The notes beneath the pieces are model-generated. The model had not been told where the DNA came from. It saw only the letters and a list, made by a program, of their open reading frames with translations, and did not search any database. From the NCBI GenBank assembly GCA_043228905.1, contig JBHGNT010000020.1:13144001-13208000 (forward strand): a stretch of 64,000 nt of DNA, given 5' to 3'. Positions 26,168 to 40,457 of this stretch are shown here, in pieces. The stretch comes from Azolla caroliniana (lineage: Eukaryota; Plantae; Polypodiophyta). The stretch's first letter is position 1, and each line of letters opens with the position of its first letter. The position numbers were made by a program, and so were the translations under genes.

Positions 26168-27299
26168 AAGTAGTTCCAACAAATGTGCAAATTATGGCAT
26201 TCATCTTATTCAATATGGGTTGTAACTAAATAATTTGTTCTTTTTAAGGAATTTCTTACTTATACCGCACATGTTTAATGTTTCCATAAACCCATGTCAA
26301 GTTTTAGAAGGTATTGATTAGTAAGCAGAAGCACGACATGGAACATGAGCCTAGATGGACTCTATCTTATCTATCTCAAGACTTTGAATTTCAAGAAATA
26401 TGGTTTAATTTATCTTTGGCGGCCCATGAATTCTTGGCCCAAACTAGTTTTCAATCATTTCTCTATTTATGATATATTATGATTGTCCAAGTTTTACGAA
26501 CATGAATCTCTCCCCTAGGGCTTTGTATTGTCATTTTGTTTTAATATAGACATACTTTTATGATAATTTAGATAAACTAATTCAACTATTGTAATGGCAG
26601 GGTAAGCTGACTCATGTGAGAGCAAGGTGCATGTAAAAATCTTGGAGATATGGTGTACAAACATGTGTAGTTCTTGTATAGACACATCAAATCAACTATG
26701 GATGTGCGCACAATGGAGTCGGTTGGTATACTCCTTTATCCAACACAACTTTTGGATTTCTTATGATTTTATAATACCAAGGTGTATCTCTTTTAAAAAA
26801 AAAAAAAGGTTCCTATAAAGCAAAATTGTGAAAGTTGCCAAATCAACCTTCATGTTAGCCTATGTATTTGTTACAGTACTCGATGACGTTCATGAAACAA
26901 AAATATCTCTCTCAAGATGGAAGTACACCATATAACCCAATATTGAAGATAGTTAAACACAACCTTACATGGTGGGGAGAGTAGAGTTGTAACACCCTCA
27001 ATGAAAACTCATGAAAAAGGTGATAATATGATCCCAACTAATGATGTACAATATTGGGACATAACCACCCAATTTGTTACGAGCATAATTGTATAAACCC
27101 CAGTCCTCTAACTTTAAGGTTAGAAGGAATATTCTAATTCATAAGGAATGAAGGCTAAAGATTGAGTTATTCCAATGCTTGACCACTCAGAATAAAGTAG
27201 TCAAGTGTGAAATAGACAAGGGCTTAGGGTTTAAGCATAAATAAGAAGGTTTGCTACCTTCATGAAGGGGATCATCTTTATTGCTTTTTATAGAGACTT

Positions 27300-30200
27300 T
27301 GAATGAGTGGCAAAGCTTTAGCTACAAACGCTTGCTCCTCTTGCTTCAAAGGAAGGTACATTCCACGTCGGAACTCGGTAGTATGGGACAATGATGGATA
27401 TTTCTATCACATTCGTTAGGGGTGGTCAGGTGGTCTAGCACCAGTTTTCGTTATTTTCTCCTTAATTTTGCTAAATGTCAATTAAGATTCTTACACAAAT
27501 GGCTCTAGCAATTAGGCATGTAATGAACATGTGTTTGGCACCTACATCAACCAATATACAAAAAAACATAAACCATCTAAATCATGTCTTCATTTTTAAG
27601 TCATTATCAAACACAATCCCCCACCATTGCACACTAAACAAACACCTTCAAATGGAATTGAGGATGAGATTACCATCATGCATAAAAAACTAAGCACCTC
27701 CATATTACACATTGGGTAATGTGCCATGTATCTGAGATTGTCTTCACTAACCAAGCTATGCCCTCAACCAACTTATGGTACATATCATTGGCGTGCATTA
27801 TAAATTTCAAATTTTAACTATCAAGTGACCAGTTCCATGGCTCCTCTACCACCAACTTTAGAATAAGTGTCGCTAGAATAGGTAATCACAATATGGATTG
27901 CCAAATATATCGACCATGTCCAAGAGGTATATGAAATCTAGTTCACACTGTATGGGACAACTACAATTTGTTTGCATGACCCTAAATGAGTATTTTCCAT
28001 AGTTACCAAGCCAAAATTTGTTATTCAATAGAACATTGACTTTACACCTTCTTTTCCATCCCAATGAATGTAATAGTTCCGACATGATTACCTATAGTGG
28101 TGATGTTATATTTTTTGCACATAGGGGGTTTGCTAGTTGAACAATTTCAAATTCTGTTGCCAAGAGAACAATAATTGTTGAGCCATAATATATATTGACC
28201 AAGAATTATTCAGAACATGCCACCACAAAGTTGTAATTCTCATTTTCCCATGGTACTATCAACCTTTTCCACAAACTCATAATTTATCTCTACCAAGGTT
28301 GACATACCAATACACATCATTTTATGGAATCTTTGAGCAACCATATGATCCTCCAAGTTTAATAGGATTGCTTCTCCTAAAGGCTTTGGGGTACATATAT
28401 GGCTCCATGAAATGTAACTCGTGCCAACTAGTTTTGCCTCTTCCTTCCATAATGCATATTTTAGCGATGTGCCAAACGATAAAGTGAATTCGTTGTCCAT
28501 GGTAACAACACACAAAAAATAAGAAATCATTTTATTGTTATTCCTTGTACCACTTTGAAACAAGTACCAAACGATCATGCTTAGGACTTCTAATGTACAA
28601 TTGCACCCAATATCCAATTCAAACTTCAAGAGGGTGAGATGTTAACACTAATAAGGTAACTTACTTGGTGGCAAATCTTACATTGATCATGTCATCCAAG
28701 ATAATAAAAATCTCTCTTAATGCATCATGTAAGCACAAACTTCCACATATTAATATATGATATTCGTGCCAATGCAAATACATTTCGCACTTTCGTGGGT
28801 TTAGCTATATTATCATGTAGATGATTGAGGAGCACAATGGACATATACCAATGCACAAGCTTTCACTTCTTCGTCTAGTTGTAGAGCAAGACCAACTATT
28901 TCCCACATTCTATGAATTCATGTATTTTAATCGAGTGTATAACACTATCAAAAAATAATGGGCTCAAGGGTCGTCCTTGTCAATGGTATTGCCTTAGCGA
29001 ATCCAACCATTTAACATAACATGTGATACTACACCTAACCACAACATAAAAGTGAGACGAGAAATCGTTGTGCGAAAAAAACCCATATAAGACATAAGTT
29101 GGGCAACAAGGAACCAACTTACATGATCATAGGCCTTCTCTATACTTGTATCATTACAATTTCTTGCTTTCATTCCTTTGCATAATATACACGCATTTTC
29201 ACATGTAAAATAGTATGAAGGATGTCCCTTTCCACAACAAACCCATATTGCATTAGATGGACAATAGACAATAACACCTATTGAAGCTAATTTGTTGCTA
29301 ATTTGGCAAAAAATGTGTACAACCCATTAATAGTATTGAACTTTGACCAATGGACATGAAGGAGACCATTTTTGGGAGAAGCTTAATAAGACCAAATTTC
29401 CATGAATCAGGCATCTTACGAAAACTCCACTCTTCTTGTAACAATATTGCAAGAATGCCTTTAAGCTTTTCAACAAAAGCATTAAAAATATTATGTGATT
29501 ACATTCTACAATTCAGGATTTCATCATTTGAAAGATGTGAAAGTACAAACTCGTCTTCCTTCATATCTTCCTCCGAGGTCATCATGACATGTCGCCCAAA
29601 CTTGTCCTTGATTGATTCAACTAACATTTATTGTGATTGTCTAATCTCATAATTTCAGAAACATTCTTGATATAAATGAGTCTCGAAAGGTTGAATACAA
29701 TGATCAATAATTACTCAAGGATTTGTTCTCAAATCACCGTCGATCTTTAGACGTGCCATTTTTAATCTAGCATGTGGGCCATGTGACTATTGAAAATATT
29801 GATGTGATTGACAATTTTGATCATATAATTATTGTTTCATGCCCATCATAGGGCAAACCTACTAGTTTGACTTATTCAAAATGAATTAGTGAGTTAAATT
29901 TGTTGTTGAAGGCAACCGATTCATATTTGCTTGCCAAAGAAACTCTCACAAATATGTAATTGAAGTTTGAAGTTATCATTTCGTATCCAATGTTAGACAC
30001 CACCATGGACAGAATGAGTAAAATGTTATGCTCTATTTTAATTAGTAACCAATCTCTATATTCAATTAACTTATAATGGATATCATTGATGTGTGATTCA
30101 TCATTTTGAAGTAATCCCAAGGAGTATTGTTTGTTATTATCAAATATACAATCTCTCCATGGTTCCTCTGCCACCAATGCCACGATAAAGCCCACAAAGT
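27300..30200 (-). mobile_element. Highly degenerate L1-like LINE reverse-transcriptase remnant
   Basis: Minus-strand motifs IEKAYDHVSW (~29143-29100), RQGRPLSPLF (~28981-28953) and ISWSHICTPK (~28420-28385) in the expected order; many stops; boundaries approximate. Confidence 0.75.
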
Positions 30201-30368
30201 TAGGTGAACCAAATAGTCATAGTGAAATATATTCATGTTGAGAATGTATATGGAAGCTAGTTAACATAGTTACAAATCCAAGGATTTTTCTACTAGAGTT
30301 AAATAGCATTTTGTATGGTCATTGCCATACAATTCAATTCAACTTGAGAATTTCTTTTCCATGCCGCG

Positions 30369-30378
30369 CACACACACG

Positions 30379-30422
<44 letters not shown>
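30369..30422. repeat. (CA)n-(CT)~21 microsatellite
   Basis: Read directly. Confidence 0.95.
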
Positions 30423-30426
<4 letters not shown>

Positions 30427-31953
30427 TGTCCAGCGAGGTTGAAAGCACATCTCACTCCAAAATTGACCATAATTTTATGGTTCCTCAAAATTTTAAGGTA
30501 TGTAAGAACCCTTATTTAGAATCATCAAGGGAGTGTAAAAACAGTTGGTGGTTTAGACAGTATCATGCAATAACTTCCTAACCATCCTAACCAAAAACTT
30601 GGAGATTCATATGGTACAAGTTACAACATCCATATGATGCATTGGGACTACTATTATAGTCAATTAGGACTTAATGTAAAATAATCAATGACGTTCTTGA
30701 AGTAATGTTTTTTTGGTAAAAAAAAAACAATGACATTCTTTTTACAAGACCCATGAATAAAAAGCCTAAAGTTGTAGTTTCATGTAATTTGTTATTAATG
30801 AAATTGGTTTAAAATTTCATGTCCAAAATCAATTGAATTTCTCAAATTTGTGATGCAAGATAGGCTTACTATATATATCTCAAATAAATTTCACAATCAT
30901 GGTGCCTTCATCTACCACATTCCACCCTTCCAATCAATGACATATATAACTCCAACTTCTAATGGTTCGCTCTATTGTACGTGTCCTTTTGGTTGGCAAT
31001 TGACTTGTCTTTATATGTATGGGTCCCATGCACAATTACATTGCATTTTGGTCCTTCCTCACTATATGATGTATTTCCTTATAATCCAATCAAAACCGAC
31101 ACATGCATCAATATAGACAAGAACAAAGAGGAGGTTAGGTACACAAATTTCACGTGTTATGATTTGTTTCAAAATAAAATTCTTATGGAAATGAAACAAG
31201 ATAGAGGCAATAACTTATTGTGGAGTGTACAATTATCTCCTCATGTTTTAATTTGCATTTGAGCAATATCTAGAACAACTATAAAGGGAAATAACTAACA
31301 AAAATATAGTGCATATGTGATTAATAATTTTGTTCTTATGTAGAGGTGCAAAGGTGCTTATTAATTCTAAAGTCAATGTTCATAATATTTTATGGTAGCT
31401 TCTCGAGGGCAAATTCCCAAGGAACAGGTATGACAATATATATTCATGAAAAGTTATGGCTTGATACCAATTCACAAACATTGAACAAAACCCCTTTAAT
31501 TTTCAAAGATTCAAAGAGGCTTGTGTTTATATTGCAATCTCTAAAATACTCGGGCTATTTTTTGAGTATCTAAAATTCAATAGTTTCACGTTACTAATGT
31601 TTGATTGCCGACATGCTATGGTTGTCATTAGATGTGTCATATCGTGGTACAATACAAAAATAAAAAAGTTCTAAAGTCATTGGTGGTTCCTCATTTTCCT
31701 TTTTATGGTATGTACAATAAAACACTTTAGATGCTTCACAAGTACATGATCAAGGGCCCATGCATGTATTCAAAGATGGTCAAGACAACATTGAGTTCAA
31801 AGGTATGGATGTTGACAAAATCATTATGCAAAAGATAATCTTGACATGATATGTTGAAAAGGCTAAATGATATGAATAAAAACACCTTGCAATTAGGTTT
31901 TTTTTCCCTAAAAAATATCCTCCATTGGTATTAAAAGAGTCCACTATTACAAT

Positions 31954-32236
31954 CATAGTATGAACCATACGTAGCATACGTGCATTCGCATTCATGAATG
32001 TTTCAATAATTCGCGCAAGAAAAACACCCTCAAAGAATGATAAATACCATACTTTTGGATTAACTATTTATTATGAGGTAAATAAGCCTAAAATTTGGAA
32101 AAAACAAAAAAAAACATTAAAAAAATGAGAAAAAAACAAAAAAAAAACACAAGAATGTTTGAATAACATTCACATTCGTTATCCAATGTAGGAAAACGAA
32201 TGTTATGTTAGACGAACACGAATTTTACGTGTTATG
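31954..32236. mobile_element. hAT-type MITE, family B copy 1 (283 bp)
   Basis: Perfect 8-bp TSD ATTACAAT at 31946-31953 and 32237-32244; ends CATAGTATG...CGTGTTATG; colinear along its whole length with 44799-45082. Confidence 0.9.
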
Positions 32237-32289
32237 ATTACAATGAATATTGCATGTGAATGTGGTTGCATAAAGGCTTAGACTTTATT

Positions 32290-33310
32290 TCAGGATACAT
32301 TTGGTTTAACATTGGACAACCATATATCCATCGTGGTTAATATTAAACCCTTTTATCATTGCATTCCAAGATGCAATGTCCCTTGTAGGCTACACAACAT
32401 TTTGCATATAAGTCGACCAAACTGCGTCCAACAAAAAGATATTGCAAATAGGTTTTCTTATAGTGTCACTCAATAATGCTTGAAAATTACGCAAAGATGT
32501 CAAGGATGGCGGTCCTAAGGATGCATATGATCGAATGATATGCAATGACACAGGGTTAGTATATGATAATATAAGATGATTGTGCACATATATAGAAGTT
32601 AGGACCACTTTAAAACTACATATTCTCGAAATAGTTTGGGAGATGTATCACATCTCAATGACGTATGATTACTTGATACATAGGGAGAAAATGGCAAGGT
32701 CCATGGAGATTTATTGAACAAATCTTTCATCGATTAAAAAGGGTTTGTAATAAATTCTACTCCAAAAGGGATAAAATTTATGAAGGATATATCACATACA
32801 AGTTGGGAACCCATTAACACAATTCAAAACATTGCAAAGGGGTTATTCACATGTCCAAATGTATGTGTGTATTGTGTTAATATGATGGTACATCAAAATA
32901 ACGTAATCCAAGGATTGAGAACTTCTGTAATATCGAATGAAAAGTTGTGTTTCATCTTTCTTTCCTTTGGTTTGAATAAAGGGCAACTATTCTTGTTACA
33001 TATATTGTGTTGCAAATTTATTCTCATTATTTTTAGATGGACAATCATGAGATTGTTCGGTGCCGCATTGGAGGGTAGAAATTTGTGTTCCTCAACCGTG
33101 GTACTTAAACAATGTTGCTTTTCTCCATTGAAGGACAAAATAATGTGATGGTTTTGGTGACATGGAAGGCATTTATAATCCATACTTGGGCCCATCCGTT
33201 CTAAGCATAAATGCACATACAAACATAAATGCGTACCAACTACAAGTTGTCTCACACCAAGGATATTATCGACATTTGTTGCGTTTATCGAAGAAAATAT
33301 GTTTCTAGGC
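32290..33310 (-). pseudogene. Degenerate PLS-class PPR gene remnant
   Basis: Minus-strand translation at ~32432-32345 gives VGRSLVDLYAKC followed (after a frameshift/deletion) by TRDIASWNAMIKGF, both diagnostic PLS PPR motifs. The rest is broken, and outer limits are uncertain. Confidence 0.6.
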
Positions 33311-34899
33311 ACAATAACGTTTTAATCTCTATAAGCTCTTTATAATTATTTGATCAATCAGAAAGAGAGGAAGGGATTACAACTTTTTTAATAATTTATG
33401 CAACAATAATGTGCTTCTTGGTAGACATTAATGTACGACTCACGAGTAAGATCACTGGGTATTCAATTATGGTCATTTTGATAGTGAAAGCTTTCTAATC
33501 ACTCATAGATTGTGAATTGTGTGCATCAAAAGAGTTTGCTTTGCTAGCTAATGCGAAGTAGTGTTTATTTGGAAAAAAAAAAGAGTTTGCAAATAAAGTC
33601 TAATTGTATCAAACAAGATTGGCAATATAATAAATATAATATAGTGAGTGTGTGTGACGAAAACTATTTCCTAACAATTACTACTCGATGGTCTATAGTG
33701 AGGCCATCCATAAAGAAGATGGAAAAACATTAATGAAGTGATGTTTTTTACACACCATACAAATATGGTAGATTACATCACATTTTTTCGATGTTTACTT
33801 TGTCTGCTTATAATTAATTTGATGACATTTAAGTCTTAATGAAAAACTGCAATTTGACACTAGATGTATTTGTATGTAGAGAAGCTCTTGAATGCCCTTT
33901 CACGATGCTACTTTCACCATACAAAGCAAAACATATATCCAGATCTTGCTCCTATATAAAAAACACTATATCGTACATAGCAAAATATATGCATTGATAA
34001 AACCAGAAATGCTTTAAATTTCAAGCATGGATGACGAGAAGGGCATTCTCAATTCTATTTTACTCGATCTTATTAAGTTGGACATAGTAATTCCTTGCTT
34101 TGGTATTTAATGGAAGCTCCAATGACATTTTATCCTCATACTAGTCCATATGTGTTATCCTGGGGAATGATTTTGTTTGGCCCATCAACATTGTTCTTGG
34201 TGCACTCTCTAGTGCTTCATCCAAGCTTTGTTCCAACACTCTATTTGTAGCCGAGCTTCTTATTTGAGTATTGGCATGAATATTGAACTTTTAGTTTGTG
34301 ATTCTCTCTTTCCTCGAAAGCGGTGTTTTTGCCTGTTTGATTATTATTCGTTCCCTTCAAAAATGGGGATTTATTCTTTTGTCTTTGTTTTGCCGTCATG
34401 CCCGAGTTTGGTTATGCATGAGTAGGCCAACCTATTTTTGTAATTGCCAAGCCTTTTTGTCCTCGCACGAGCATTATTATTTCCTAGTACAATTCCTAAA
34501 TCCTAAATTTTATTGATGTCTCTCCCTTACTATCTCAAACCTTCATGATTGTACCATGACCTCTTTATTAACTACAAAAACCTGAAAATTCAGCCATATT
34601 TAGCTTTGCTCTTTAGTTTATTTTCCCCCTTTGTGTTTATAGATGCTTTATCTAATTCTTTGTGGGCGTCTTGGTTTCCCTCGATACCTTTGTTTTGCCC
34701 TAAGGTTGGAACAGATAACAACATGTTATGCATGTAATAGATTAGTGATATTTGGTGTTTAACTTATGGCCGAAACTCCACAAATAGCGAACATGTGTTA
34801 TGCTTAAGATCATTCTTTGGCTCTCTTTCTCTCTCTTGACAATATGCAATGGATGAGTATACAATCTCATTGCCAATAAGAGTATTGATTCTTGTAGCA

Positions 34900-35100
34900 C
34901 ACTCCTTCACACTCAATCATACAAACTAGGTATCAAAGTTGTGTCATGGCATCAAAATGTTTCAAATTTGTTTACGACATGTAAAGTATGTGGCGAAAGC
35001 CTACTAGAGGATGAATATCACTTTCTTTTTAAATGCTCAACATAAATTGTGATTGATGAAAGCTACAATGACATATTAAGAGGGGGTGGTCGCGTGAGTA
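34900..35100 (+). mobile_element. LINE 3'-end fragment (CCHC-type motif)
   Basis: 34980-35036 translates CKVCGESLLEDEYHFLFKC, the CxxC...EDExHFLxxC motif found at non-LTR ORF2 C-termini. Confidence 0.6.
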
Positions 35101-37811
35101 TCAAACATATCGTGTTAATTCATGAACTCTATGTTAGGGCCATTAGTATATGAGGACGAGAGATTGTGTTTTATTCTTCTTGATTTATGAATTGTCGGTC
35201 TTGTGGTTCTTGCACACCCTAGGTAGCTAATAACTATGTTTATGAAGACGATGGTTCACACCATGCTATCATGTTTCTTACATAATTATACTAAAAATGT
35301 TGTTCCCTTTCATTTTTATTAGATTCTTATTTTAAGTGACATTATGGTCATATAAGTTAATGATTGTGCTTTGCCATGTGTAGGGTATAAGTTCAAGTCT
35401 ATCAACGAGGTTCAATGGTTTAGTCATGACTCATTATATAAATCATTATAATTCTAGTTTTCCATCGTGCACACTAACAATTTGCTTCTAGAAGTAGGGC
35501 TTCACAAATTTGTTCTCCAAAACGCAATCATAATGAATGACATCATCTGATTGATCAGATGTACTAGATTTTGTATCTTACAATAAGAAGTGAGATGAAA
35601 TGTCTCCTTCTGCTTTTTCTAGGTAGAGTTTTCAAGTAATATACTAAGGTGCATCTTTCTTTTAATAAAAAACATTAAGAATGACATTGTGTTAATGAAT
35701 TTAATGGCATCTATAAACAATTGTATATATTGGGGTGTGAACCATGCATAGAAAGCATGCTTCACATGGGAATTCTATTATACATGTAAAACATTTAAAG
35801 ATTCATATCTTTGTTCAATTAAAATTTTGATTTTGGTTTGTGATAACCATTTTGGGGCAATGGATGTAGTATGTGATGAATGAGAAATTTAGAAAAACAA
35901 CATTAAAATATATCACACTTCTTGTATGTGAAATCCAGAGTTCGTGCTACAATAACGGTTTTTTGTTTTTGAAGGGGGGGAGTAAAGAAATAATGACCCT
36001 ACATTTACATTTCCAATTTTTCCATCTACATAAATTCTATTCAACTCAAAGTGCATGTTTTTTGTCAAACGAGGTAAAGGAATAATCATCCTATTTGTCA
36101 AGTAGCCTAATCATTGATTTGCACATGCAAAGGGCATCAAGCATTCGCGAAATTCATTTTTATTCCAATCTGTCATTTTATAATCTGGTCATTTAAAAAA
36201 TAATCTACATTTTGAATATTTGAAAAACAGGTTTAGTTCATATCGCATAATGTCTTCAATTGATCAACGAGTGATGATATAAATCCTCATATATATAATA
36301 CTATTTTCATGTAGACCCTCACTATGGGTTTACTTACGAAGTCTCATTGTGTAAAAGTGCCCTTTTATATACCTTCTAAAGCCATTATATATGTACCATT
36401 TTAAAACACAAGGTTCATTTTCTAATAGCATACTCGGCAATGTCAAACATAAAATCTTTCTTGTACAATTATTAAATGAGAAAATTCCAATCTAATGGGT
36501 AACATCATGTAAGCAAGATAATCTTAGGCTTTATTGGTGGACAATATCATTTTTATGTGCAAAGTAAGTAGAACTATAGGTGCAAGCTCATGTGTATTCA
36601 GTTTCTTTTATTTCTATTTGTGTTTAGTCTAATTGTGTGACCGTAACATGTCAAAGTTTCATTTGGAAATGGATGGCCTAGAATGTGTACTATCCTTGAC
36701 CTTTTCCTAAAGCAATCAACACTTTTCATGACAAGAATGATGTATTCCATCAGCTAACAATGAATAATTGTTCCATGCAACCTAGCTGGACATGTCAAAG
36801 CATCCACAAATGATGATTTTAGGCTGAGATAGAAGAAGTTAATGGACAAACATGCATAAATGGCTATATGCCAAGAGAGAATTGTGTCCACAATGACTAA
36901 TATTGAAGGAAGTTTTGTGGCTAACATAACTCCACATAATTGTATCATAGTGTCTTGTGTACATCATCTCATACATGGACTTGTGGCTATCGTAACTCGA
37001 CTGAAAGAGTAAGCAACTACTATTGAGAATGGCAAGAACTGCTGCAATGAGATTATCGTATCCTCAAAGAGTGCAAATCATGCACAACTAAGAAAAGAAT
37101 GAAAACAAACACAACCACTTCAACACTTGTATTTTGCTTGTGTAGTCACATGTTTTAAAATATGTGGCAATAATGAGAAAATGAATGGCAACAAGCAACA
37201 ATCGTTTTCATACTCCTATAGAGGTTGGTAACACATCAAAGTTGTTTTCTTTATGAAGGAATATGTTGGCTCTCTTCCTTGAAATATATTGCCTCATTGC
37301 TATGTTATACAACATTGGGCATATGTGATGTCGATACTTTCAAAGTATATACATGGTTTTCCACAAAGGACTGTAAGAAGATGATTCTTACTATTGAAAG
37401 AGGCCAATCACTACAAAGGCAATCTATATTGTCATATTAATCACATGGCTACAGTTCACAGCTGCAAGGAATACCATATGATGTACATCATAGAATGATC
37501 TTCGTCATAGTGTTTATTTTAATTCTCAGAACCAATCTCAATATAGATTTCCCCTCCCCTCAATCTTTGAATTCTCCAAAGCCAATATGATCTTGGTTAT
37601 GCATTAAATCTTGATCCTTAATAGCTTTCTATCTGAATCCTAATTTCAGTCTCAATCTGGATCTTGTATTTTCTCAAGCTTTGTATCCTTGAAGATTGCA
37701 ATAGTTTGGTCTTGTCTCCAAATCTTGATCTTTAATGTTTGTCCAACCATTATGTGGAAATCAATGAAAAAAAAATTCAACTCCGTATTGAAACAATTGC
37801 TATACTTCCCC

Positions 37812-40457
37812 TCAAATTTCTTCCTCCATCACAACATTTTGTATGTCAAAATAAAGTTTCGACAAGCAAAGATATGCAGCCACTGCATCATTACCATCGA
37901 CATGAATTGCATGTGCAAATGCTTGTCTTCCCAGTTCAATATCACCCCATTTTGTACAGGCAGTTAGTATACTATGCCACATTACATGATTAGGATGGAA
38001 TGGCATCCCCTTGACCATAGCTATTGCATTCTGTAGTTGGCCAGCACGACCAAAGATATCAGCGAAGCAAACATGATGTTCTATACATGGCACGAAGCCA
38101 TAGACTTCATGTATAGCCTGAAATATAAGAGCACCTGTATCTACTAAGCCTGCATGGCTACACACATTAAGAGCACTAATCAAAGTCACTTTGTCAAGCT
38201 CTTGATCATTTTGTAGCATTTCCTCTATGAGCCTAATAACTACTTCACTTGCCCCTAGTTGGGCATATCCCGAAATGAGTGCATTCCATGACACTAAATC
38301 TTGATTTGGAAGTTTATCTGACACTTCATGGGCTTCTGGCATGAAACCGCACTTAGCATACATATCGATGATTGAATTCCCAATGGATGGGTGTTTTTCT
38401 AGCATCCCTTTTTTTACAATTTCTATATGTAGATATTGGCCTTTCTGTGAAATACCCATGTTTCCACAAGCTTTTAAGACACAAACAAATGTTACTGAAT
38501 TTGGAACTACGCCTTCAAATCGCATACATTCAAAATAGTTGGTTACATCATTAAAACATTCACATTTGATATATCCTGCCATTAATGACGTCCATGAAAC
38601 CACATCTCTTACCCTTACATTATCAAACACTTCTAAGGCTTTGACGAGGACTCCACATGTCACATACATATCGACCAACATATTCCCGAGAATAAGATCA
38701 GTCTCAAGCAACCTTTCTTTCTCAATTTCGGCATGAATTCTTTGGCCCTTATCCACCCTTCCTATGGTTGCACAAGCTTGCAATACACAACCATATGAGA
38801 TAGCATCAGGAGTAACGCCATCAAATTTCATTTGGAGAAAAATTGTCCATGTTTCCTCACCATATCCATGTCTAGCATATCCTCCCATCAAGGTGTTCCA
38901 AGATACTATACTGGGCTCTATAAGTCGACTGAATGCTTCATGCGCTCTTTTGAGTAGGCCACATTTAGCATACATATCAATTAACACATTTGTCAAGACA
39001 TGATCGGCAGCCAATAAAGCCTGTGATTCAATCTCAAGATGTATCTTTTCACCTTTGTCCCTTGCCCTTATGTTACCACTTGCTTTCAAAATGGACGCAT
39101 ATGTGAAAGTGTTAGGAGAAACACCCTCAATTTGCATCTGTTGAAAACAATCTAAGGCTTCTTGATCAAGACCATATTTGACATATCCTCCAATTAATGC
39201 AGTCCATGACACAACGTTTCGAATATGAAGGGCATCAGACATATTTTGTGCTTCAGCAAGGAATCCACAATTTGCATACATATCAACTAATGTGTAGGCT
39301 ACGAAAGGCTCCATTTCCATTCCTTTTATCGTGACATCTACAAGTAATTCTTTGCCATTATCTAAATCTTCTAGCTCACCACAAGCCTTGAGGATGCAAA
39401 CGTATGTGATAGGATTTGGAGAAAACCCATCAACTTCCATTCTGACAAGGCAGCCTAGAGCTGCCAAATTATCACCACATTTAGCATATGCTCCAATTAA
39501 GGTATTCCAAGTTACAACATTCCTAACTGGAAGCCTTTCAAAGACTACACAGGCTTCTGAAAGCCAGCCACAATTAGCATACATATCAACCAGGGCGGTT
39601 CCGATGAAAATATCACATTCAAACCCTTTTCTCGTAATCTTAGAATGTAGTTCTTGACCCTTCTCTATGTTTGATGTTATGCCACAAGCTTTCACAACAC
39701 AAGAAAATGTCGTGGGATTCTCCGAGATGCCATCAAGATGCAACTTCTCATAGAAATCTAATGCTTCATGACTGAGACCATGGTTCACATACCCGGTCAT
39801 AAGTACATTCCAAGTGACCACATTCCGAACTGAAGAAAGTTTTTCAAAGACTTCTCGGGCTTTTCCAAACAACACAAAATTTGAATACATATCTACAAGA
39901 TTAGTGCCAATGTGTACATCTTCTTCAAGTCTCCTTCTACATATTTCAGCATGTATTTCTCTACCCTTATCTATGGCTCCTATGCTTCCACAGGCTTTTA
40001 ATCCACATAGAAAACTAGCTTGACTTGGGATTATACCTTCTGATACCATCTTCATATAGCAATCAATTGCCTCGATATCATACCCAAGGCTCATGTAACC
40101 ACCCATTAACACATTCCATGAGACTACATCTTTCAAAGGTAGTTTATCGAAGGTTTCTCTTGCTTTGACAAGCAAACCACATTTAGCATACATGTCAATC
40201 AATGAGCTTCCAAGAAATTGGTCAGTTTCTAACCCTCTTTTTGCCATGTGAATGTGGAGTTCTGATCCTGCTTTGGCATCTTGTATCTCACTACAACCTT
40301 TGATCAAGACAAGGAATGTGCATTTACTGGCATAACGCCAACTGTCTCTCATTTCAAAGTATGTAATGAGAGCTCGTTTAGGATCACTATTCTTAACATA
40401 CCCAATGATCATAGAATTCCATCGCTGAATAAGGTTTATTGAACACATGGTTATCAT
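37812..40457 (-). CDS. PLS-class pentatricopeptide repeat protein with E domain, no DYW (organellar RNA-editing factor type), 881 aa ORF
   Basis: Uninterrupted ORF with repeated P-L-S triplets (LIDMYAKCG...DVVSWN.L..GY...TF..LLKAC) and E1/E2-like end (MPFHPNHVMWHSILTAC..WGDIELG...AYLCLSKLY). True start may lie in an upstream exon. Confidence 0.95.
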   Translation of the reverse strand: MITMCSINLIQRWNSMIIGYVKNSDPKRALITYFEMRDSWRYASKCTFLVLIKGCSEIQDAKAGSELHIHMAKRGLETDQFLGSSLIDMYAKCGLLVKARETFDKLPLKDVVSWNVLMGGYMSLGYDIEAIDCYMKMVSEGIIPSQASFLCGLKACGSIGAIDKGREIHAEICRRRLEEDVHIGTNLVDMYSNFVLFGKAREVFEKLSSVRNVVTWNVLMTGYVNHGLSHEALDFYEKLHLDGISENPTTFSCVVKACGITSNIEKGQELHSKITRKGFECDIFIGTALVDMYANCGWLSEACVVFERLPVRNVVTWNTLIGAYAKCGDNLAALGCLVRMEVDGFSPNPITYVCILKACGELEDLDNGKELLVDVTIKGMEMEPFVAYTLVDMYANCGFLAEAQNMSDALHIRNVVSWTALIGGYVKYGLDQEALDCFQQMQIEGVSPNTFTYASILKASGNIRARDKGEKIHLEIESQALLAADHVLTNVLIDMYAKCGLLKRAHEAFSRLIEPSIVSWNTLMGGYARHGYGEETWTIFLQMKFDGVTPDAISYGCVLQACATIGRVDKGQRIHAEIEKERLLETDLILGNMLVDMYVTCGVLVKALEVFDNVRVRDVVSWTSLMAGYIKCECFNDVTNYFECMRFEGVVPNSVTFVCVLKACGNMGISQKGQYLHIEIVKKGMLEKHPSIGNSIIDMYAKCGFMPEAHEVSDKLPNQDLVSWNALISGYAQLGASEVVIRLIEEMLQNDQELDKVTLISALNVCSHAGLVDTGALIFQAIHEVYGFVPCIEHHVCFADIFGRAGQLQNAIAMVKGMPFHPNHVMWHSILTACTKWGDIELGRQAFAHAIHVDGNDAVAAYLCLSKLYFDIQNVVMEEEI

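Noticed and set aside
36600-37750. Acceptor-like sites downstream of the 881-aa PPR, a possible spliced DYW exon
   Set aside because: No PG-box, HxE or CxxC deaminase motifs seen; at most 3'UTR exons.
38341-40023. Plus-strand ORFs within the PPR gene (likewise antisense ORFs in DUF247 and the second PPR)
   Set aside because: Antisense shadows of real coding sequence.
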